From an uncultured Eubacteriales bacterium (GTDB lineage Bacteria > Bacillota > Clostridia > TANB77 > RGIG9151): 32,000 bases of DNA. Numbering within the stretch: position 1 is the first letter of the stretch; every line of letters starts with the position of its first letter. Below the pieces are notes generated by a model. The model searched no databases, was not told the DNA's origin, and saw only the letters and a list, made by a program, of their open reading frames with translations. The position numbers were made by a program, and so were the translations under genes. Below are positions 1 through 7,190 of the stretch, piece after piece. The DNA lies in assembly GCA_964631135.1 (NCBI GenBank), contig CAZVVZ010000002.1, forward strand, positions 3,333 to 35,332, given 5' to 3'.

Positions 1-791
1 AACATATCCCTTAATTTCTTAATTCTCTCTGCATCATTATTTAGTGATACGGCTTTAGAGAAAGTTGCAATGCCAACGACATTCTCTGTACCGCTCCTTA
101 AACCGCCTTCTTGGCCTCCTCCAAGCATAAAAGGAGTCACTTTTACGCCTTTTTTTATAACTAAAGCCCCAACACCCTTTAATGCATGAATTTTATGGCC
201 GCTAATGCTAATCAAGTCAGCTGTATTATATAAATTATACGGAATTTTCGTATAAGCCTGAACAGCATCTGTATGCAAAATAAAATTATAATTTTTCTTA
301 AAACGAGTAATTTCTCGAATAGGTTCTATACTGCCTATTTCATTATTAACCGCCATAATACTTACAAAAATAGTTTTATCAGATAAAGAATTCCTAAACT
401 GATCCATATCTATAATACCGTTACTGTCCACATCAAGATATGTAACATCAAATCCTTCTTGCTCTAATCTCTTAAAACAGTTTAAAACCGCAGGATGCTC
501 AATTTTAGACGTAATAATGTGCTTTCCATGTCTGGAATTAGAATAAACTGTGCCAAAAATTGCAGTATTGTCCGACTCTGTTGCACCAGACGTAAATAAC
601 ACCTCACCTGCTTCAACTCCTAACGATTTAGCAATCATCTCACGAGCACTTCTCACAACCCTTTCTGCATCTAAACCGATAGAATGTAAAGATGACGGAT
701 TTCCGTAGACATTCTCCATTATATATTTTGCTTCATCAATTACCTCAGGAAATAGCTCAGTTGTCGCCGCATTATCCAAATAAACTTTCAT
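1..791 (-). CDS. cysteine desulfurase (NifS/IscS family), N-terminal ~263 codons; the 3' end runs off the window start
   Basis: Absent from the ORF track because it is truncated. My translation from the ATG at 791..789 reads MKVYLDNAATTELFPEVIDEAKYIMENVYGNPSSLHSIGLDAERVV. Further in, and in frame, it reads ADLISISGHKIHALKGVGALVIKKG...LGGGQEGGLRSGTENV, which contains the PLP-lysine SGHK and GGGQE.G.RSGTEN motifs. An AGGGAG RBS lies 7 nt upstream. Confidence 0.85.
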   Translation of the reverse strand, partial: MKVYLDNAATTELFPEVIDEAKYIMENVYGNPSSLHSIGLDAERVVRSAREMIAKSLGVEAGEVLFTSGATESDNTAIFGTVYSNSRHGKHIITSKIEHPAVLNCFKRLEQEGFDVTYLDVDSNGIIDMDQFRNSLSDKTIFVSIMAVNNEIGSIEPIREITRFKKNYNFILHTDAVQAYTKIPYNLYNTADLISISGHKIHALKGVGALVIKKGVKVTPFMLGGGQEGGLRSGTENVVGIATFSKAVSLNNDAERIKKLRDM

Positions 792-818
792 AATATTACT
801 CCCTACATTAAACTTATT

Positions 819-847
819 TTAATATACCGATTTTCCTATTCTTTCAA
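819..847 (-). promoter_or_regulatory. candidate sigma-A promoter for the cysteine desulfurase gene
   Basis: The minus strand reads TTGAAA (847..842), a 17-nt spacer, then TATTAA (824..819), about 27 nt upstream of the ATG. The -10 matches the consensus at only 4/6. Confidence 0.35.
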
Positions 848-879
848 GAAAATATGCCATAATTATAATGAAAATTCTA

Positions 880-2538
880 TTATTCTTCTTGGAAGCAACT
901 ACCACCAATAAATTCTCTGATTATCGAATTTTCCGGCACACTTTCAGATGAAATCGGTTCAAAATACTGTATAAAATCAAGCATCATCTTTGCTTTAGGA
1001 TAATAAGGCGAGTCCTTACTAACTTCCTTTAGTAAAGGTTCTGCAACAGTTTTAAGTACCCCAATTTCATAAAACATAGCCGAATTAAATATAACATCCG
1101 CATCTTCTTGATAAGGAAAAATATTTTTTTCTTCTCCACGTCTTACCGCATCCCAAAGTTCTAATGTCCTCTCAGGTGAATGGCCTCTATATTTATAATC
1201 TCTGACCATTCTCCTAAGCAATCTTGTGTCAGATGTACTTACTGAATTGTGATCATCAATATTTATAGAAGTAAGTGCACTTATATACATCTTAAACTTA
1301 TTCTCCCTAGGAATGTCTCGGGTAAGTTCTTCGTTTAGTGCATGTATCCCTTCAAAAATAAGGACCTGATTTTCTTCCAATTTAATCTTTCTGCCTCCGA
1401 CTTTTCTCATACCAGTCATAAAATCAAAAATAGGAAGTTCCACTTCTTCGCCTGCAAGTAGCATTTTTAAATGCTTATTAAATAACTCCAAATCAACCGC
1501 ATAAAGGCTTTCAAAATCCGGTTTTCCATCTTCACCTATAGGTGTTCTATCCCTGTTTACAAAATAATCATCAAGTGCAACAGGAATAGCTTTTATTCCA
1601 TTTACCATAAGCTGCACTGCAAGTCTGTGAGAAGATGTAGTTTTTCCGGAAGAAGACGGACCTGCGATTAAAACAATTTTCTTTTTAGGATCAGCTTTTA
1701 TCATATCCGCAATAGTTGCATATTTCTTCTCCTGAAGAGCCTCTGCAATTCGCATATATTCATTCATCTTACCCGACTTTACTATATCATTAAGCATAGA
1801 AACATTTTCAACACCGAGAATCTTGTTCCAACGCTTGAATTCTTTAAATATCTCAAACAATTTCTTCTGATCATTATACGGAGGCAAATGATAAAAACTG
1901 CCTTTTTCCGGATAACGTATAATAAATCCGTCCTCGTATAACCTTAATTCAAAAATACTTAAAAACCCGGAATTAGGAACTAAATATCCGTAAAAATAAT
2001 CATTCCAATCACCGCACGAATAAATAGTAAGCAAATCCATATCCAATGAATCGATAACCCCGATTTTATCAGGCTGTTCCAAACTCATATATATGTTTTT
2101 TGCTTCTTCTTTAGTAACTTTACGTTTAATAAACGGAATTTTATCGGCAATAAGTTCCCGCATCCTCTCTTCAATTTTTTTCCTTAGTTCTTCATTTATA
2201 GGCACCGGGCAATTCTTTAACTCGCAATAAACACCTTTATTTATAGAATGGCCAACAACAACATTAGATTCTGGATATAGTTCCTCGCAAACCTTTATAA
2301 ATAAAAACAATAAACTTCTTCTGTAAATGCTAACTCCCTCAGAAGAATTATAGTCTATGAAACTTACCTTAGAATCAACATCCAATTTATGCCTTAAACT
2401 TCTCGATTCATTATTTACAATAGCTCCTAAAACAGGTGTTGAATTTTGAATTCCGTAAGAATTCATAAAATCAATTATTCTCGTGTCTTTCTCTACTAAA
2501 AACTCTCTGCCATTTAGTGTAACTTTTACTTGTGCCAT
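880..2538 (-). CDS. TGS-like N-terminal domain fused to a uridine kinase/phosphoribulokinase-family P-loop nucleoside kinase
   Basis: 552-aa ORF. The N-terminus (VKVTLNGREFLVEKDTRIIDF...) resembles a TGS/ThrRS N-terminal domain. The Walker A motif is LIAGPSSSGKTTSSHRL and the C-terminal half is uridine-kinase-like. An AGGAGG-type RBS is present upstream. Confidence 0.7.
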   Translation of the reverse strand: MAQVKVTLNGREFLVEKDTRIIDFMNSYGIQNSTPVLGAIVNNESRSLRHKLDVDSKVSFIDYNSSEGVSIYRRSLLFLFIKVCEELYPESNVVVGHSINKGVYCELKNCPVPINEELRKKIEERMRELIADKIPFIKRKVTKEEAKNIYMSLEQPDKIGVIDSLDMDLLTIYSCGDWNDYFYGYLVPNSGFLSIFELRLYEDGFIIRYPEKGSFYHLPPYNDQKKLFEIFKEFKRWNKILGVENVSMLNDIVKSGKMNEYMRIAEALQEKKYATIADMIKADPKKKIVLIAGPSSSGKTTSSHRLAVQLMVNGIKAIPVALDDYFVNRDRTPIGEDGKPDFESLYAVDLELFNKHLKMLLAGEEVELPIFDFMTGMRKVGGRKIKLEENQVLIFEGIHALNEELTRDIPRENKFKMYISALTSINIDDHNSVSTSDTRLLRRMVRDYKYRGHSPERTLELWDAVRRGEEKNIFPYQEDADVIFNSAMFYEIGVLKTVAEPLLKEVSKDSPYYPKAKMMLDFIQYFEPISSESVPENSIIREFIGGSCFQEE

Positions 2539-2558
2539 AATTTTCCTCCTTTGTGCTA

Positions 2559-4277
2559 CTAATTCTTATACCTCTTTATTTTATGTGTAGTTGTTTTAGA
2601 TAATTCCTGTTTTTGAATTTCAAACTTCTTAACATATTTATATGTTGGCATTTGCCTGTTAGCTTTTTTTACTTCTTGTGTAATAATTTTTTTAACTTCG
2701 TCATCGTCTATGTTGCTTTTATTAGTTACCGTACGAATAGCATCGTAATCCGGTACAATTATTGCACAAACCAGTGGTTCTACTTCGTCTTCTACCTCTT
2801 TACCAAACACCATACTCTCACGGATAAATTCGCTCTTATTTAAATACGCTTCCACTTCTTCAGGGAAAATATTTTTTCCGTTTTTAGTTACTATTACGTT
2901 CTTCTTTCTACCAGTTACATAGTAATAATCCTCTGAATCTTTATAGCCTAAATCTCCCGTATTTAGCCAACCATCTTCTGTAATAGTTGCATTTGTTGCT
3001 TCTTCGTTTTCAAAATAGCCATTCATTACAATTGGGCCTCTTATCCATATTTCTCCGGTCCCATCTTTATCTGCATTCTCTATCTTTGCTTCTAGCCCAG
3101 GTAAAGGCTTCCCTATAGAATTGTTTTTATATTCGTCCACATGGTTAACAAATGCAATAGGCGAAGCTTCAGTCAAACCATATCCTTGTATTACAAAAAA
3201 GCCTAAGTCTTGGAGTCCCTTTAGTATCTCAGGTTTGCTGGCAGCCCCACCGGAAATTGCAAGTCGCATTCTCCCCCCAAAATTATCTAATATGCTTCCA
3301 AACAATTTTTTCCTTAAGTCAACATTGATTTTACGAGCCAGTTTGCTTACCTTTAACCCGCCTTGTAAAATTGGCATCTTCCCTGTTTTTCCTGCAGTAT
3401 CTAAAATATTTTTATATATCTTTTCATAAATTAAAGGAACCGCAATCATAACAGTAGGTTTTACTTCCTGCATATTAGTTATAATATATCTTAGCCCTTC
3501 GCAAAAAGATATTCTTGCTCCACTATATAGCATTAGCAAGAAATTGACAGTACATTCATATGTATGATGAAGTGGCAAAATAGATAAAGTCACATCTTCC
3601 TCAGTAACATCAACTACTTGAGTAGTAGCGACAATATCCGCACAAATATTTTTCTGGGAAAGCAAAACTCCTTTAGCCAGTCCTGTCGTGCCTGATGTAA
3701 ATAAAAGTATAGTGGACTCATCAGGATTAACCTTAGCATTTATAAACTTTTTATCTCCTATTTTTAATAAATTATTTCCTCTTCTTAAAATTTTTGAAAA
3801 CGATAAGCATCCCTGCACATCATCTTTTAAATCCATATTTATAAAATATTTTATATCAGTAATTCCCTGAACTGACTCAACAACCTTGTCAGCTAATTTA
3901 TCAGAAAAAACTATAGCTTTAACCTTAGCACATTCCAATAAATACTTAAGCTCATTAGCAGGTAATTCCTTATCAAGCGGTACAATAGTTCCCGTTCCAC
4001 ACGTCGTAGCTAAATAGGTTAAGCACCACTCGTACCTATTTTCACCAATTACTGCAATTTTCTCATGCTTTAATCCCATATTTATAAATTCTGTTCCAAG
4101 TGCATCTATATCTCGTTTTAATTCTTTATATGTAATTCCCTCATATTCTTTCATAGGGTTTTTTATCCAAAAAGCATCTTTATTTCCATATATACTTACA
4201 CTTTGATTTATCAAGTCCTTAAAGTCAGAAATCTCTCTCTTCTCATAAATAGGCTGTGTCAAATTTATCCCTCCCAA
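2559..4277 (-). CDS. AMP-dependent synthetase / long-chain-fatty-acid--CoA ligase
   Basis: 572-aa ORF with the AMP-binding motif FTSGTTGLAKGV, plus GYGLTE and TGDLGY motifs. The track start is a TTG at 4277. GGGAGGG followed 6 nt later by a TTG at 4262 is a plausible alternative start. Confidence 0.85.
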   Translation of the reverse strand: MGGINLTQPIYEKREISDFKDLINQSVSIYGNKDAFWIKNPMKEYEGITYKELKRDIDALGTEFINMGLKHEKIAVIGENRYEWCLTYLATTCGTGTIVPLDKELPANELKYLLECAKVKAIVFSDKLADKVVESVQGITDIKYFINMDLKDDVQGCLSFSKILRRGNNLLKIGDKKFINAKVNPDESTILLFTSGTTGLAKGVLLSQKNICADIVATTQVVDVTEEDVTLSILPLHHTYECTVNFLLMLYSGARISFCEGLRYIITNMQEVKPTVMIAVPLIYEKIYKNILDTAGKTGKMPILQGGLKVSKLARKINVDLRKKLFGSILDNFGGRMRLAISGGAASKPEILKGLQDLGFFVIQGYGLTEASPIAFVNHVDEYKNNSIGKPLPGLEAKIENADKDGTGEIWIRGPIVMNGYFENEEATNATITEDGWLNTGDLGYKDSEDYYYVTGRKKNVIVTKNGKNIFPEEVEAYLNKSEFIRESMVFGKEVEDEVEPLVCAIIVPDYDAIRTVTNKSNIDDDEVKKIITQEVKKANRQMPTYKYVKKFEIQKQELSKTTTHKIKRYKN

Positions 4278-4359
4278 TTCAAAGCTATTTTATCATATTA
4301 AAATAAAAGTGTAAACAATGAAATTTTCGGTATATTTGTTGCCACTATATAAAATTATT

Positions 4360-5256
4360 CTACATTGTTGCTCCCCTATCCACTACTTCTATTCCGTTTT
4401 TGCCTAATAGAATAATCTTTTCAAAAACGTCAAATTTAAGCAGTTCTCTCATCTTGTTACTTTTATATAAGTCCTCTACTTTATCTCCGTGAGCAGTAGC
4501 TAAAATTTTTACCCCGGAATTAAGTGCATATTCTATAGCCTCTGCATCATCATCTGTACCTATTTCGTCTGTTGCAATAAAATTAGGCTTCATAGAACGT
4601 ACCATCATCTTTATCCCGTCTGCCTTAACAACTCTGTCCATAATATCAGTCCTAAGTCCAACATCATTTTGAGGAATACCCAAAAAGCATCCTGCAACTT
4701 CCGACCTTTCATCTATTAAACTCACATTATATCCGCTATCGCTTATCTGTCTCACTAAATCTCTAAGTAATGTAGTTTTTCCAAGCCCCGGTGGTGAAAT
4801 TATCAATGTATTTACAAACTTTCCCTTTACTTTAATTTTTGTAATAATATTATCTGCAACACCCTTTATCTCTCTTGCGACTCTAAAATTTAATCCGGAA
4901 ATATCTTTTATAGAGTATATCTTTCCATCTTTATATAGTGGCTTACCGGATATTCCAACTCTGTGGCCTCCGCATATGGTAATAAATCCGTTTGAAATTT
5001 CTTCAGAAAAAGCATAAACGGAATTTTCACAAATGTTCTCAAAAATTCTTGCTATTTCTTCTTTCGTAACTATACATTTTTTACCATCTTTCTCAACAAC
5101 ATATTCTTTTTCCCTGCCTTCTAAAATAGCAGGTCTATTTACCCTAAGTCTTATTTCACAAATATCTTCTAATTCAATATTTTCATTTGAAAGTATACTA
5201 TTTCTAAGTTCCATAGGAAAATATTTTAATATTTCTTCTTTTATCCTATAAATCAT
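4360..5256 (-). CDS. SpoIIIAA-like / ycf45-like AAA ATPase, with no spoIIIAB-AH genes adjacent
   Basis: 298 aa. Walker A is ISPPGLGKTTLLRDLVRQIS and Walker B-like is FIATDEIGTDDDAEAI. Length and motif layout match stage III sporulation protein AA. Confidence 0.7.
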   Translation of the reverse strand: MIYRIKEEILKYFPMELRNSILSNENIELEDICEIRLRVNRPAILEGREKEYVVEKDGKKCIVTKEEIARIFENICENSVYAFSEEISNGFITICGGHRVGISGKPLYKDGKIYSIKDISGLNFRVAREIKGVADNIITKIKVKGKFVNTLIISPPGLGKTTLLRDLVRQISDSGYNVSLIDERSEVAGCFLGIPQNDVGLRTDIMDRVVKADGIKMMVRSMKPNFIATDEIGTDDDAEAIEYALNSGVKILATAHGDKVEDLYKSNKMRELLKFDVFEKIILLGKNGIEVVDRGATM

Positions 5257-5335
5257 ATTCCCCCCAAGTAATATTAAGCCCTTAAATCAATTTACGTTTT
5301 TCCCTTTTTCCGCTAAATCCAACAACTTTCCCTAT

Positions 5336-5374
5336 AAAATTAAAAAACTTGTAACATCTGTTACAAGTTTTTTA
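5336..5374 (-). terminator. intrinsic terminator downstream of rpmF
   Basis: The minus-strand RNA reads AAAAAACUUGUAAC-AGAU-GUUACAAGUUUUUU followed by AAUUUUAU. The hairpin begins a few nt after the rpmF stop codon. Confidence 0.8.
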
Positions 5375-5376
5375 AC

Positions 5377-5562
5377 TTATTTATTCTCTTCTACTTTAAT
5401 AACTTCTTTTCCATTATAGTATCCACAATTTTTGCAAACCTTGTGAGATTCAACAGCCTCATGACACTTAGGACATTCAGTTATATTTTTTGCTTCTAAT
5501 TTCCAAGTAGATCTTCTTAAATGTGTTCTTTCTTTAGACCATCTTCTTTTTGGTTGAGCCAT
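5377..5562 (-). CDS. rpmF: 50S ribosomal protein L32
   Basis: MAQPKRRWSKERTHLRRSTWKL... with the CPKC...CKNCG zinc ribbon. I take the ATG at 5562 as the start because AGGAGG lies 8 nt upstream. The track's GTG extension to 5571 overlaps that RBS. Confidence 0.95.
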   Translation of the reverse strand: MAQPKRRWSKERTHLRRSTWKLEAKNITECPKCHEAVESHKVCKNCGYYNGKEVIKVEENK

Positions 5563-5639
5563 CTTACACACCTCCTAAAAAGCCATTTTTACATCGCTCA
5601 TATGTAAATTTTGAATTTATCGTAATATCAACAACAGAG

Positions 5640-5669
5640 ATTATACTATAGTTTGTACACATTTGTCAA
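5640..5669 (-). promoter_or_regulatory. strong sigma-A promoter for rpmF
   Basis: The minus strand reads TTGACA (5669..5664), an 18-nt spacer, then TATAAT (5645..5640). Both hexamers match the consensus perfectly. The leader is about 70 nt. Confidence 0.7.
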
Positions 5670-5690
5670 TACTTTCAGTAAATATTCCAT

Positions 5691-5785
5691 GCTGCCGTTA
5701 CTAGTCAGAGTATATGTCGCTGGTCAGAGTGCATGAAATAAGATATATGTTTTATCGGAACTCAAGATTTGCGACGAAAGACTTT
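5691..5785 (+). repeat. intergenic palindromic-element family, copy A (half copy: left end plus arm X only)
   Basis: GCTGCCGTTACTAGTCAGAG-TATATGTCGCTGG-TCAGAGTGCATGAAATAAGATATAT, followed by arm X GTTTTATCGGAACTCAAGATTTGCGACGAAAGACTTT (5749..5785). The copy ends where the loop would start, 11 nt before the nrnA stop codon. Confidence 0.85.
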
Positions 5786-5796
5786 AAAAACTTAGT

Positions 5797-6768
5797 TTAA
5801 ATGATTTTTGAAAAAGCTTCTATTAGTTGCTGTTTCGCTTCCTCGCCGGATTCTGTATTAACTCTGCAACCGGCTGCGAATTTATGTCCGCCCCCATTGA
5901 ATTCGGAAGCAACCCCTGAAACATCTATTTTTCCGTTGGATCTTATACTTATTTTCTGAATGTCTTTAAACGGTTTAATAAAAATACCCACTTCGACACC
6001 TTTTATATATCTTGCATAATCAACTATTCCATCTAATTCACTAGGCTCCAAGTTAAATTTCTCAACATCTTCTTTTTTTGCCATAAGAATAGCCAATTTT
6101 CCGTCTAAAAATACTTCAACATTCTGTAATAGCCTTCCCATAAAAATAATCCTATTAAGACTACTCTCTGAGAACATATGATAAGATATATCAGAAACAT
6201 TTATACCATATTCCATTAGTTGACTTGCAATCTCAAAAGTCCTTTTTGAAGTATTACTGTGGCTAAAATTTCCTGTATCCGATGATATAGCACAATATAA
6301 AGCTGTTGCGATTTCAGTGTCGATCTCTATATTCATAGATTTTAATAAATCAAATATAATCTCACCTGTAGCCGCTGCATCCGGCCTTATATAATTCTCG
6401 TCCGCAAACTTGTTGTTTGTAAAATGATGATCAAGGCAAGCAGTAGTTTTTGCATTAACAAATAAATCTTTGGCTTCTCCCATTCTATCTAAATCACCAC
6501 AGTCTAAAGCAATACATAAATCATACTCTTTTTTTAAATCTGCAACATCAAAAGTTTTTATTTCTTTACCTATAGACTTCAACAAAAATTCGCAATTTGA
6601 AGGTACTTTTTCTATTATACCTTCTACACTTTTACCATATTTAATCAGTGCCTTAAATAGTCCTATAATGCTTCCTACCGCATCACCATCAGGATTTTCA
6701 TGCACTAATAAGACAATACTTTTAGCAATATTTATTTTCTCGATAATAGAAGTAAAATTATCTTGCAT
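5797..6768 (-). CDS. nrnA: DHH-family phosphoesterase, NrnA-type oligoribonuclease/pAp phosphatase
   Basis: 323 aa with the DHH motifs HENPDGDAVGS and LDHHF, and the DHHA1 motif GGGH near the C-terminus. It sits in the conserved position after rbfA. Confidence 0.85.
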   Translation of the reverse strand: MQDNFTSIIEKINIAKSIVLLVHENPDGDAVGSIIGLFKALIKYGKSVEGIIEKVPSNCEFLLKSIGKEIKTFDVADLKKEYDLCIALDCGDLDRMGEAKDLFVNAKTTACLDHHFTNNKFADENYIRPDAAATGEIIFDLLKSMNIEIDTEIATALYCAISSDTGNFSHSNTSKRTFEIASQLMEYGINVSDISYHMFSESSLNRIIFMGRLLQNVEVFLDGKLAILMAKKEDVEKFNLEPSELDGIVDYARYIKGVEVGIFIKPFKDIQKISIRSNGKIDVSGVASEFNGGGHKFAAGCRVNTESGEEAKQQLIEAFSKII

Positions 6769-6780
6769 AGTCTAGTCTCC

Positions 6781-7110
6781 TTACATAATTTCCTTTATAA
6801 CCTTATCAATATGGGCTCCATATTCCAAAGAATCATCAATTATAAACTGTAATTCAGGCAATATTCTAATCTGAATTCTGTTACCGAGCTCTTTTCTCAT
6901 ATAACCTGCTCCACTTTTTATACCCTCTAATACTTCGGCTTTGTCTGCTCCCATTATGCTTACATAAATCTTACAAAATTTTAAATCCTTTGTAAGCATT
7001 ATCTTAGTAATACTAATCAAACCTTTTACTCTCGGGTCTTTCAATTCATTTTGAATCATTTCACTAATAACTTTTTTTATTTCTTCTGCAATTCTATCTG
7101 TTCTATCCAT
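6781..7110 (-). CDS. rbfA: ribosome-binding factor A
   Basis: 109 aa beginning MDRTDRIAEEIKKVISEMIQNELKDPRV. It lies immediately downstream of infB. Confidence 0.9.
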   Translation of the reverse strand: MDRTDRIAEEIKKVISEMIQNELKDPRVKGLISITKIMLTKDLKFCKIYVSIMGADKAEVLEGIKSGAGYMRKELGNRIQIRILPELQFIIDDSLEYGAHIDKVIKEIM

Positions 7111-7136
7111 AACAATCCCTTTCTTAAAAGCAACTA

Positions 7137-7173
7137 TTTATTTTGCGGTAAACTAATATCACCGCAAAATAAA
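7137..7173. other. 13-bp hairpin between infB and rbfA
   Basis: TTTATTTTGCGGT, an 11-nt loop, then ACCGCAAAATAAA. The T-run (7174..7179) is on the plus-strand side only, so on the transcribed minus strand no U-tract follows the hairpin. Confidence 0.4.
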
Positions 7174-7190
7174 TTTTTTAGTATATCCGG

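Noticed and set aside
5572-5640. A small hairpin (UUUACAU-AUGAGCG-AUGUAAA) in the rpmF leader as an L32-responsive regulatory leader.
   Set aside because: The stem is only 7 bp and AT-rich. I know of no established L32 leader motif to compare with, and one instance is not evidence.
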